Assembly (NCBI GenBank): GCA_050084985.1
Contig: JBITNC010000001.1
Coordinates: 80,910,001-80,974,000 of the forward strand
Reading direction: 5' to 3'
DNA length: 64,000 nt
From: Nageia nagi
Taxonomy: Eukaryota; Plantae; Pinophyta
The translations under genes were made by a program, and so were the position numbers. The notes below the pieces were generated by a model. The model had not been told where the DNA came from. It saw only the letters and a program-made list of their open reading frames with translations, and searched no databases. Shown one piece after another: positions 1-12,101 of this stretch. The stretch's first letter is position 1. The number at the start of each line of letters is the position of its first letter.

Positions 1-194
1 AATCATTGACTCAAAAAATAAAATCAATGAACTAGGAACCTAATGCATTTTATTATTTAAATTTAATCTTATTTAGATAGTCAAATCAATGGGTTTCCTC
101 TTTGTAACTTCTAGGACATATTGTAATAATTTTTTAGTTACTTATAGTAAGTTATTAGTCTTCCATGGAGCATATTTTTATTATAGATTCATAG

Positions 195-195
<1 letters not shown>

Positions 196-246
<51 letters not shown>
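196..246. repeat. (TA)n microsatellite
   Basis: Perfect TA run. Confidence 0.95.
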
Positions 247-250
<4 letters not shown>

Positions 251-298
251 AATCTCTCTATGAATAATATATGATAATACAATTTACATTTCTGATTG

Positions 299-310
299 TG
301 GTATCAGAGC
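299..310 (+). promoter_or_regulatory. Primer-binding site (initiator tRNA-Met) of the copia element
   Basis: Exact TGGTATCAGAGC immediately upstream of gag. Confidence 0.9.
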
Positions 311-459
311 TAGGAGATTTAGTTAGGTTAGAGAGTCTTGTGGGTATTTTTTGCAAAAACTTATCAAGTTTTTCAAGAGTGATCCAAGAAGGTCTTGTTG
401 TAGGTATTGATTTTGTTGTTATATTATATTTGAGGGAAATATTGCTACTGGTAGTAATC

Positions 460-1124
460 ATCCTCCCATTCTTAATTTCAATGGGTATGATTATGAATAT
501 TGGTCCTTGAAGATGAAGATTTTTCCCATATGAAAATGAGTGTGGGATATCATAGAAGATGGCTATGTGGATCCATATTGGAGAACACTTTCGATTATAT
601 ATAGGCTAGCTAAGAGAGGCCCAAAAAAAGAACTCTTTTTCACTCTACCATCTCCAAACTTCCTTGGATAAGAGATTATTCCCAAGAATTACTATATGTA
701 CTATAATTAGTGATGCATAGAAAGCCTTGAAGGATGGGTTCCAAGGTAATGATCAAATAACAAAAGTGACAACTTCAAAATTATAAGATTGAGTTTAAAA
801 ATTTGAAGCAAAAGGAGGGTGAGAAGGTTGGAGAATATTGTGTGAAGGTCAAATTATGTGTTCAAAATATTAAAACACTTAGAGAGGAGGCCACAAATGA
901 AGTGGTAGTGAAGAAAGTGTTAAGAACACATCTTATCAAATGGAAAAATATAGTTATCATAATAAAGGAAAGAAAAAATATTGTTACCTTTGATTATGAT
1001 AATCTTATTGGTTACCTTACATCCCATGAAGAAATGCTTTCTCTACCTTCAAATGTTGGGGAGTGTAAGAGAAGGAATTTGCATCCAAATAAGGTGAATT
1101 CAATGCTAATAGACAAGGAGGAGG
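460..1124 (+). pseudogene. Copia gag, 5' part
   Basis: Gag motifs with stops and frameshifts; ORF 803-1189 reads into the CACTA TIR. Confidence 0.85.
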
Positions 1125-1507
1125 CACTACAACACAAACCTCATTTAGCATCAAGGAATGCATTAGGGATATTCAAAAATCATTCCTGACATAAAAATTA
1201 TCAGACAAAATCAATTATACATCAACATTTTTTGCATTTAGTGACACCGAGTTTGATGCATCATGATAGTATAAATGACGGTGAATTTGATATCAATTTT
1301 TATGTAAGTTTTGATGAATTTGATATCATGATTGATGTTGAGTTTAACATAATTTAACTTTCATATGATGTTAAAATTACCTTCACATGATGCCAAATAT
1401 GGACATAAATTAACACAAATTATGATGCTATACCACATTATTAAACCAATTTGGTTTGTTTTGATGCTAATGTAAAAATTTATAGTTGTTTTAGAAAAAT
1501 ATAATAG

Positions 1508-1653
1508 TTTTAGGTTTTAATGGTTTAGGATTTTAGGTTTTTAAGGGTTTAGGGATTTAGGTTTTTAAGCGTATAAGGTTTTAGGGTTTGGTATTTTAAG
1601 CTTTAAGGTTTTAGGGTTGTAAAGGTTTAAAGGTAATTTAGGAGTTTAAGGGT
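1508..1653 (+). repeat. Degenerate telomere-like array (TTTAGGG-type, G-strand on +) inside CACTA copy 1
   Basis: Repeated tttagg/gggttta variants. Confidence 0.85.
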
Positions 1654-2551
1654 CATAGTGCATAGAACCATGAAAAAAATTAAAATTTGAAACCAACTCA
1701 CAACTTGGAATACCTTGAAAATATATTTGAGTATAGGGATCACTACGCTTATAGTTAGTGCAATTACCTTCATAGCTCTCAGAGCTCTATTAAACCTCTC
1801 ATTCCCCATTACACACTAGATAAACAAAGAACCATATACTTTTACATATTCAAGAAACCACCTTTCTTCTATTGCTACTCCAATTCATAAAAATAAAACA
1901 ACTTCATGATTAGATACCTCAATGTACAAAAACCAACTAGTGTCACTTCCATAGGGCCTTTCCACATTAAATATTATTTATACCATCATTGGAATTACTT
2001 TGGGTGCATTTTTGGCTAGCACATATTCATTTCCATGAAAAGGAAAGAGGATCAATGCATGGATTTTTTTTTATCATAAAAAAATTGTTAGCATTATGTA
2101 CATTTCCTATAAATTTAGATCATGGTATGGAGCAATGTATTGTATCCTAATTTGGAAAAGCATGATCTACCCAAAATAATGTTGTAATTTATTTTATTAC
2201 AAGTTCATCTTTTTATTCTATTGAAGATGATAAGGAAAGGCTAATCATTCCCTCACATGCAATAATTAATGCATTCATTGTAATAGGTGGATGCTGATTA
2301 ATTTTCATCTTAATTTTTTTCTTTTTCAATATTTTCTTTTATTTTTAAGGAGGTATAATATAGGGCTAAGGATTTACATCAAGTATCATGAAGCAAAGTT
2401 AGATATTATTAGTAAATTAGATTTTATTAATGATATGTAATTAGAAAAATATAATTTATGGATCAATGCAAGAAGTCAAATAACATGTAAATCACATCAA
2501 ATAACATTGAGAGGAGAAAAGGGAAATTTAATAAATAAATTACTAATATTT

Positions 2552-3347
2552 TTTAGGGGTTTATGGTTTATGGTTCTAAGGGTTTAAAGGTTTAGGATTT
2601 TAAGGGTTTAGGGTTTTAGGTTTTAGGTTTTCTAGTTTAATTAGGGTTTTAAGGGTTTAGAGTTTAGGGATTAGGATTTTGGGTTTAAGGTTTAGGTTTT
2701 ATGGGTTTAGGGAGTAGGATTTTGGGTTTAGGGTTTTATGGTTTATGATTTTAAGGTTTTAGTTTTTATTGTTTATGATTTTAAGGGTTTAGGTTTTAGG
2801 GGTCTAGGATTTTAGGATTTAGGGTTTTAGGGGTTTAAGGTTAAGGGTTTTAAGGGTTTAGATTCTAGGGGTTTATGGTTTATGGTTTTAGGGGTTTAGG
2901 GTTTATGGTTTTAGGGTTTATAGTTTAGGGTTTTATGGGTTTAGGATTTTAGGAGTTTAGGGTTTAGGGATTAGGATTTTAGGTTTATGGGTTTAGGTTT
3001 TATACAAGGTTTTAGGGTTTTATGGATTGGGATTTTAGGTTTGAGGGTTAAGGTTTTAGGGTTTATAGTTTTAAGGGTTTGGGTTTTAAGTTTTTTGGGT
3101 TTTAGGGGTTTAAGGTTTAAGGTTTTAAGGGTTTAAGTTTCAAGGCTTTAGGGATTAGGATTTTAGGTTTTAGGGGTTTAAGGCTTAACATTTTAAGGGT
3201 TTAAGTTTCAAGGCTTTAGGGATTAGGAATTTAGGTTTTATGGGTTTAAGGTTTAAGGTTTTAAGGGTTTAAGTTTCAAGGCTTTAGGTATTAGGATTTT
3301 GGGTTTAAGATTTTATGGTTTAGGGGCTTAGGGTTTAGGGTTTATGG
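2552..3347 (+). repeat. Degenerate telomere-like array (about 800 bp, G-strand on +) inside CACTA copy 1
   Basis: gggtttagggtttta.. variants with higher-order units (e.g. aagggtttaagtttcaaggctttagg three times). Confidence 0.92.
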
Positions 3348-3359
3348 TCGACCAATTGC

Positions 3360-5760
3360 ATGTATTAAATCAAAAGGTAAACTCACACATCCATGAATTG
3401 CAATTGGAAAAATATTTTTAAAAAATACCATCAAAACTTTTGCACATTAACATATATTAATCACTATATTTTGAATAAAATATAATATGAATTTAAAAGT
3501 TTCTATAGACATGTAATATGAGACCATCTTTAAGATGTTGTGGTAATCATGAGATTTTAATCTTGTAATTTTACCATCGATAGTGAATGCTCTTCTTAAT
3601 AGTGATCCATACCTAATTATTGGTTTAGTGGTTCAAACAACATTATGTATCATAGTCACTTGTTTTTTCAAAATCCATGTATAGGGATCAAATACATTCA
3701 TAGATCCATCTAAATTATGAGTTATCCATAAGGAATGCTTTATATTGGAATCTTTTAAATCATTTCTCACACTAGGATTATATGAATCTTTGCTTGTTGT
3801 ATATTGATATAAAGAATATGCAACATTCTTTACAATATGCATAGGATATAATAAATGTGCCACTAATATGTTCTTCCAATATGGAAGTTTATACCATATT
3901 AATAGTCTCTTCATGCTTGAAAATAAACATAAAATTGTTCATTTAATTAATAAAATAATGAAATTGAAATATTACAAACACATATTTTTTCAAATAAATA
4001 AATATATTCATATATTTTGTTAAATTTTACCTTCAAGTAAGTCATCTTCACAAATAATAACATCATTTGGGTTTGCAATAGTACCTTCCTCAAAGGCTCT
4101 TTCCCAATATTTTTCTACACTTTCCCCAACTTTACCCACAAATACATAAGAGATGCATAAATGGGAGTGGGGGTGTAATCAACCTCACCATTAAACTGTG
4201 ATTTCAAATTTCAAAAAGGGTGTTACATTGGAAAATACTTTCTATTGCCAAGGTATTCCATCTTCTACAAGTATTTAGAATATTTTGATGAGAGATTTCC
4301 TACACATCATGGACAAGCATGATAATATTTTGTACAAAGACCTGCAATAAATTTTATTAGAGAATACATTATCATGTGGTAAAATAAAATGAAATATTTA
4401 TGATATATTAACTTTTTATACATGCAAATATAATAAAGATTTTATATATACATACTTGAATAAATAATAAGTCCTAGATAGTCATGTGTAGTCCAACATA
4501 ATATGCCATATAATGTGAATGACCCCTATTGGATAGGTATACTTCTATCAATCACACTTTGAATTCCATTCCATAATTGCATCAATTGATCAATCAACAG
4601 TTCAACGTAGACATCCATATTTTTCACTTAATATGGTCTAGGAATTAAGGTAATCAACATAAAATGTTCTTTTTTATGGACATCCATGGAGGTATGTTAT
4701 ATTGATAACAACAATATGCCATAATGAATAATTAAATGATTGTATGGATAATAAATTAACACCATCAATTGCTAAACCCAATATGATACTCCTAGGTTTA
4801 TCTTGGAATTTATCAGGCCACATATTTTCTATATATTTCATTGCTTTATAATCGACATGAATTTGTAAAAAACCATCTTCACTTCTATTTTTTGCATGCC
4901 AATCCATATATTGTACAATTTATTTACACCAAAATATTTGTAACAACCTACGAATGATTCAAAAATTTTGAATATTATTTTGAGAAATATAATTCCCTAT
5001 CATTCATAAATGGTATTTATTTACATCATGCTTTGGACATATAGTCGATTTTTCATATTGTCCTTTATACAATATACAATCATTAATACATGCATGGTAT
5101 AAATGATACTTTATCTCTACATCCTTCAAAATTTTGTGTGCCTTTTTGCATGATGGAGGGATGATATTGTCTCTTAGAAGAACCTTTTCTTTTAGTAACA
5201 TATAATACCAAACAAAGGAATAAAATTATCATTAAATAATGAAAAAAATCAAATATATAAACTAATAGAAATTAAAATATTGGGAAACAAAAAATATTAC
5301 ATACTTCAAAAGAGCAGTGAAACTTTTATCTGACCATCCATAACTGAATTTTAAATTCATGAAAATTAGGATCATTTATAACTTGGAAAAATGTGCTCCT
5401 TCATATAAAAGAGTTTTGGAAGCACTATACATACTATCATTTTAATAATCACCATCTCTTACATCATCATGTGTATGAGAAGCATCATTTGTGCCTACAT
5501 CATCATATGCATTTGGATATAATGATTGAAGTAAAACATGCATTTTACTTTATTCCTGATGAGCAATATTATTCTCTCTTTCATTGTTATTAGTATCTCA
5601 ATCTATGACTCCAAGAATAGGAGTTGTTGAATTTGGTTCTATCAAGAGTTCATATGCATTAACGCTTAATACATTATGTAGTTGCACCCTTTTTCTCCTA
5701 CTTATATTTTTTTATGGAATGGTGTATAAGATATTCTTGAATATTCATGTGCCTCCCAAA
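3360..5760 (-). pseudogene. CACTA TnpD transposase (Transposase_21-type), 3'-truncated
   Basis: YHACINDCILYKG..CPK; MDWHAKNRSEDGFLQIHVD..DKPRSIILGLAIDGVN; LVAHLLYPMHIVKNVA; intron-containing, many stops. Confidence 0.9.
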
Positions 5761-5953
5761 TTAATTAATTAGTTATTACATACAAATTAACCATTAAAAT
5801 AGTTAAAAAATAAACATCAATAATAATAATTTCATACATCCACGCAAACAAAAAATAGTAGCAATGTCCATATCAACATCAAATAGTAAAAATATCCATA
5901 TTTCATACCTCCATATAAATATTAAGCATCAAATAGTAACAATGTCCATATAT

Positions 5954-7177
5954 CTATACATCCATACAAATATTAAGCATTTTGATCTCCTGATCTAAAT
6001 ATGCCTTATGTATTGGAGTAAGTCTTATGTAATTGTATTAGATCCATAACTCATCACCAAGTAAAAGATTTCTAATAGGAACTACACCTACATAACTACA
6101 TATTTTTTTATATATCCAATCTTCTTGATCATTTTGAAATTTTACAAATTCATAATTCGGTGTGTGTGTGTGTGGTGCGTTTGGTGTTATTTTTGTATCA
6201 TGTAATATTTCTATGTATTTTTAATTGACCATCAATGTACAAAATTTTTATTTGATCTCATGCTACACTATGACCATTTTCACAAAGGTTGTATTTGAAC
6301 ATACTATGCATATATGATGATAATTAAATCCAAACATCTTATTTGTAAATTGGTCCATAAAAACACATCAATATTGGTGGTATTAAATCATGATGAATAC
6401 ACACAAAAGATAATATAAATAAATATATGCTAGCATCATGTAGATATTTTGAAGGTTTGATCATGTATGAATAATTGTAATAACTAAATTATTCAAAAGA
6501 TTTTGAAAAAGGTCTATCGATTGGCCATGCATTGTATGCCTCATGATCATATATATCTTAATATAAATATTATAGACGATTTGGCAAATAACTATCACCA
6601 ACACTCTCCAACAATAGGTCAAGTTACTCATTATTTATAATGATGTGTGTCATTGCTCTTTGAAGTCTTATTCTTTTGCATGTTCTTCCATCTTCATCTT
6701 GTTATCTCTTCATATGATGAATTTGCCTTTAATGTAATATAGTGCTTTTAATTTCATTTAGTAAAAATTATAAAATCAAATCAAATTTTTATGCTAATTA
6801 CCTCATGATCATGATTATCTTCATCAATATCCATCATGCTTCAATGGGATATTGATTCTTCATGTAACATTAATCATAATATTAAGTTAAATATTTCACA
6901 TAACATCATCAAAGTAAGAATTTAAATGATCTTACATTTCTACATATATAATTTCTTAAATGAAATTTATGTATCAATTAATTACATATACAACATATGT
7001 ACTTCTCCATTGATAATTTCATGGCATCCCCATCTCATCCTCAACTAATGAAACATGTGTCCTTAGTTGAGGAATATAAGGAGGCTCATCATCATATGAA
7101 GATACATATCTACTCTTTTGAGGAATATAAGGCATATATTTCTCATCTAAGGACACATCAATATTCTTGGTCTTCAT
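5954..7177 (-). pseudogene. SET-domain (lysine methyltransferase-like) gene carried by CACTA copy 1, decayed, about 3 coding exons
   Basis: Manual translation: YMIKPSKYLHDASIYLF..LMCFYGPIY..ILYIDGQLKIHRNIT*YKN..PNYEF..VVPIRNLLLGDELWI*YNY. SET motif order is retained and the sequence is collinear with copy 2. Confidence 0.72.
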
Positions 7178-7542
7178 AGAGATATAAGCCACTAACTCAC
7201 CTACTATCAAATTTTTAAAAATAAGAAATCATTACTCATATTATTTATAATATTTTTTAAAAAAAATAAATCATCTATACAATAACTACAAGTAAAATAG
7301 ATCCAAAAAGATAATTAAAATCAATAATATAGGAATGTTTTCATAAACCTTTGACCAATGATATTAACTACCATGCCAAGAACTAAAAATAAAATATAAA
7401 ATTCCCTCTCAGCTCAAGTATCGATCCCCCCATACAGTAACAATATTGAAAAATATGTGAGCTCATGATTATCATTAACTTTTAAATCATATAATACATT
7501 GTACATGATTCCATATCTAAATATATATATCTGTGCATGTAC

Positions 7543-8195
7543 ACTAAACCTAACCCCAAATGGTTACCCCTAACTCTTACCATTAACACTAACCCTAACC
7601 CTAACCCTAACCCCTAAATCATAACTATAATTCTAAATCCTCATCCTAACCTTTAACTGCTTAACTTAACCCTGACCCTTAATCCCTTACCATTATCATT
7701 TATCTTAACCCTATCCATAACCCCTAACCCTTAAAACCTAAACCCTAAACCTTAATCCTTAACTCTAACAAAAACTTCTAACATTTAACCCCTTACCTTA
7801 ACCCTTACCCCTAACCCTTAAACTCTAACCCTTGAAGCCTAACCCTCAACCTTAATTTCTAACCCAAACTTGTAACACCTAACCCCTAACCCTTAAACCC
7901 TATCCTAAAACCCCTAACCCTTAAACCCTAACCCTTGAACCTTAACCCCTAACCCTAACCTCTAACCCTAAACTATAACCCTAACCTTCTAACCCTAACC
8001 TCTAACCTTAACCCCTAAACCCTAAACCCTTAAACTCTAACCCCTTCTTAAAACCCTAACCCATAACCCTAACCTATAACCCAAACCCCTTGCCTTAACT
8101 CTAACCCTTATATCCTAACCCCAAATCTTAAACCCTAACCCAAACCTAAACCCCTAACACTTAAAACTTAACCCCAACACTTAAATCCTAACCTC
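7543..8195 (-). repeat. Degenerate telomere-like array (CCCTAA/CCCTAAA on +) upstream of the SET gene
   Basis: aaccctaaccctaaccctaa, taaaccctaaaccct variants. Confidence 0.92.
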
Positions 8196-9222
8196 CAATT
8201 TTATATATTTAGTTTTTTTCTAAATTATAATATTTATAATTTTTTAATATTTATATTTATAATCTTTTATTTTTTTATTATTAATTTTTTAATATTTATA
8301 TTTATACTTTTTTAATTATTAAAAATTGGTATTATAATTGTTTTGTGTTTTTTTTTATCGTTTCTAATACTACTACCTATGTGTACCTTAATGCCATAAA
8401 AGGTTGGTGTTAAGGCATCAATTACAGGATCAATGCAATGCTTGATGCAAATCTTAATGCAAAGTGCATCAAAAATTACATCAAATCAAACTAGCATAAT
8501 GAAAATTTAAAAAGACAAACCTATCACTTTCATTCTGGTCATTTTGTTTTTCAAACTTGAGTTGTATTTTTATGAGATAAGGGTTTAGGCTATTAGTATG
8601 TGTTTTCTACCAAATGGTTTGAATTTTTTAAAGATTTGAACATGATTTATTGATTTTAATCTAATTTTGTCAAATGTTTTGATAAAGTTTTGCAAGAGAA
8701 GTAGTTTTCTCATCATTTCTTCAAATTTTCTACATATTTGGGGAGGTACATACAAATCAACTATTTTCTATATAATTTTCCTAAATTTTTGTAAGTTAAA
8801 AAAAGATACTTTTCCAAAAACAACTTAGGGTTTTGTAGAAAGTAGGGTTTTTTTTCAAAAAAACCTAGGGTGTTTCTTGAAAATTTTGAGTTTTTACTAA
8901 AAAAATAGAGTTTACTAAAAAACCTAGGGTTTGAACTAAAAAAACTTAGGATTTTTACTAAAACACTAAGATTTTTGCTTCAAAAATATAGAAAAATAAA
9001 TAGAAACATAAAACAACATACTTGGATGCCCAAGCTATCCAAAATTCCATAATGCCCTAAGTTTGCACAAGAAATTTTGCTCCAATTTTGCTAAACTATG
9101 CACAAGTTTACTTTGTGAATATAGGATTTGAGAATAGAGTTAAATAACATATAAATTTTAAAATAAATAATATATAAATTTTATTATAATTTAATAAATT
9201 TTAATTAGAATTATGATTACGA

Positions 9223-9505
9223 TTTAGGGGTTATGGTCAAGGGTAAGCATTAAGGGTTAGGGGTTAGGGTTTAAGGGTTATAATTAAGGTTTAAGGGTTA
9301 AGGATTAGGTTTTGGGTTAGCAGTTAGGTTATAGGAGTTAGGTTTTAAAGGTTATAATTATGGTTTAAGGGTTAGGGGTTAGGGTTTAGGGTTAGGGTTT
9401 AAGGGTTAGGGATTAAGGTTTATAGGTTAGGGGTTAGGATTTAAGGGTTACAATTAGGGTTTAAGGGTAAGGGTTTGGGATTATGGTTATAAATTTTGGG
9501 GTTAT
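9223..9505 (+). repeat. Degenerate telomere-like array (TTAGGG/TTTAGGG on +) upstream of the TnpA-like gene
   Basis: gggttagggttagggttt variants. Confidence 0.9.
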
Positions 9506-9755
9506 AATATTTTAAATAATATAAATTTTAAATTTTAAAATAACATAAACTTTAAAATTTTATATATTATAATTTAAAATTTTAATTTTATAAATTAAAA
9601 ATTTTAGAATAATATGTTTATTTTTTCCAATTTCTGATATTAGGCTTAATTTTTATTAATTTATGACATTAAGTTTATTCTTTTTATTTATTTATGACAT
9701 GAAGTTTTATATCAATGATATTAAATTTTTGATTACCTATATTTAGTGATCATAA

Positions 9756-10281
9756 TGATATGAAAGAAAAGACCTTGAAAAGAGAAGTTACAACATGGTC
9801 CTCGAGATGATAAGAAAGTGCTTGTAAGTATCAATATGTATTAATATAATAATGATAAATTTTAATTAATGCTTTAATTTTATAAGGAAAATATTTTTTT
9901 TAGGGATAGTTACTATGAACAATGTTTAAAATTGAGAAAATAATATTTATAACCAAAGAAATGGAGGAAGATTTAGGTATTGAGGCTTTTTCTACAACTC
10001 CAGCTACCATAAGCACTAGACTACACCCTCCAAGCACTCCACATGGTAATATTTTTTAATGATTTGTTAATATATTATTTATGAATAAAGTAATATTGTT
10101 AAATTATTTATTTTTGAATTGGTAAAGGTGATGTGATTGTTGAAAGTGCAGAGTCAATTAATCAAGAGACCTCTACATTTTCAACATCAAAGGGAGCAAA
10201 GGGGATTGAGACATGTGTCAAAGGAGATGATGAAGTCATGTATGATGAAGCTAGTAAGAGTTGATTTTTGAAAAAAAAATA

Positions 10282-10313
<32 letters not shown>

Positions 10314-11330
10314 TGCAATATATTAATTTACTATTTATTTTCAAATATTGTTTCAATTTTTTTTACAATTTCCTCAACAATACTGTGTATCTGTATTTTG
10401 ATGCAATATTGGATATTGAATGGAAGAAACAAGAAAAAAAGGTATGTTTTTTTTTCATTATTATTAATAGTAATTTATAAAAATATGTTTAGTGATATTT
10501 AAAAATTTATTTTATAAAAAAGTAAAAACTAATCTCTTATTTTTTGTATTTTAAATTCAAAAGGCAATTGATTAGATCACCTTAGAAGAGATTGGGGTGA
10601 TGGGTGGAGTGTAGCAAAAGCACTCCAAACAACAAGTCGTAACTTGAATTGGAAAAGGGAACACTTGAAGCGATCCATAAAAAAGCTTCCACTAGATGAT
10701 CATATGGGTGCCAAACCACTAACATGTACCAAGAAAGTATGGAAATAAATGGTCAAAAAAAGTTAATGATGATGAAGGGCATCTCAAGTTCAAATATAAA
10801 CTATCATTGTTAGAAAAGCTTCATATATGCACACCTTTATTAAATCAAAATTAGTTGGCATTACACATCATACTCGTAGCCAAGAAAAATGTGGAGTTGA
10901 GACCACATTTGTGAGTATATTTGTAAATTATTTAATATTTTAAAAGAAATAGTTAAGTAAGATAATATTGTTTAATTAAATATATATTTTTTTATAGTAC
11001 CAAAGATTTGGAAGACTTCCAACATCAGAGGAATTGGCTTATATACTTAAAGAAGGTGTTGACAAATTGATCACATTGGTGGAGGAGGTAGGTAATTAGT
11101 AATATGTTATGAGATTTTAATTTATTTTGTTATGTAATTAAGATTTTTAATTTCTATTTATTTACTAGCATTTATTTAATTTTTTAATTACAATGGGGTT
11201 CATCATTAGTGCTAGTATAGGTTGAAGATCAAGTTGTTGAGAATGAGATTGTTGAGGATATAAGTGGTGGTGGTAATGGTTATGATCCACCTAGTGCTAG
11301 TTATAAGCTTAATGATCATGATGTTGATTG
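9756..11330 (+). pseudogene. Multi-exon second CACTA gene, probably TnpA/PTTA-like, decayed
   Basis: About seven purine-rich exon-like blocks with GT..AG boundaries. They encode LDHLRRDWGDGWSVAKALQTTSRNLNWKREHLKRSIKK and YQRFGRLPTSEELAYILKEG. The family call is inferred from position and resemblance. Confidence 0.55.
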
Positions 11331-11523
11331 ATGATACATTATGATTTTATACATTATAATTTTATAATTGACATTATGCTACATTTATGATGTGATTTGA
11401 CATTTTGATATATTTTCATATTAAATTTTAAATTTATGCCTAGAGTTGAATTTCATATTTTATATTTATTTATTTAATTCATTTCAATTTAATAAAAAAC
11501 TTAAAATACAATATTTAAAAATA

Positions 11524-11530
<7 letters not shown>

Positions 11531-11571
<41 letters not shown>
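11531..11571. repeat. (TA)n microsatellite
   Basis: Perfect TA run. Confidence 0.9.
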
Positions 11572-11572
<1 letters not shown>

Positions 11573-12101
11573 CTCCTAATGCTATTCTTGATGCTACTGA
11601 AGACACTAATACAATAAAATGTAATTATCAAGTGACACTATCTTTAACATTAGATAAACTTCTTTTGCATGTGGGAAAGATCTATAATTGACATTACATG
11701 TGATACTAGGAAATATGCTAATATAAAACAAAATGATTTTATACAAGATGTTACATGAGCGTAAATGCTTACACTAAATTTCAAACCATTGATGTAAGGA
11801 AAGAAGTAATGAAAGGCACTAAGCATGATGCTAAATTAACATAAATTGACATTACAAAAGATGCTATGTGGTTGCAAGTGGTGATGCAAAATTTAAATAA
11901 ATTAATGCTATGGAAGACACTACAAATTATATGTTAAAATATGCTCATCCTAATGTAGTTTGACATTATCATAAATCTAATATTGTATTTTTGTATGATG
12001 CAAAAAAATGAAGTTATTATTGATGTGTACGTTAGCATCGAACATGGAAAAAGGATTTTAGAAAAAACAAATTGATGCTAAATGGGTTTTGTGTTGTAGT
12101 G

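Larger units (their letters stand above)
1125..12101 (-). mobile_element. CACTA (En/Spm) DNA transposon copy 1, both ends present (about 11 kb)
   Basis: Left TIR CACTACAACACAAACCTCATTTAGCATC at 1125; right end GATGCTAAATGGGTTTTGTGTTGTAGTG ending at 12101. Flanking 3-mers agg/agc are an imperfect 3-bp TSD. Many GATGC/GCATC subterminal motifs. Removing the element rejoins copia gag. Confidence 0.93.

Noticed and set aside
89-274. YIYIYI-containing ORFs (also 10268, 11446, 55466)
   Set aside because: Translation of (TA)n microsatellites
1508-9505. True telomere or chromosome-fusion site
   Set aside because: The arrays are highly degenerate, short and enclosed by the TIRs of one transposon. The central pair is separated by 1 kb and reads CCCTAA then TTAGGG, not the TTAGGG-CCCTAA junction of an end-to-end fusion.
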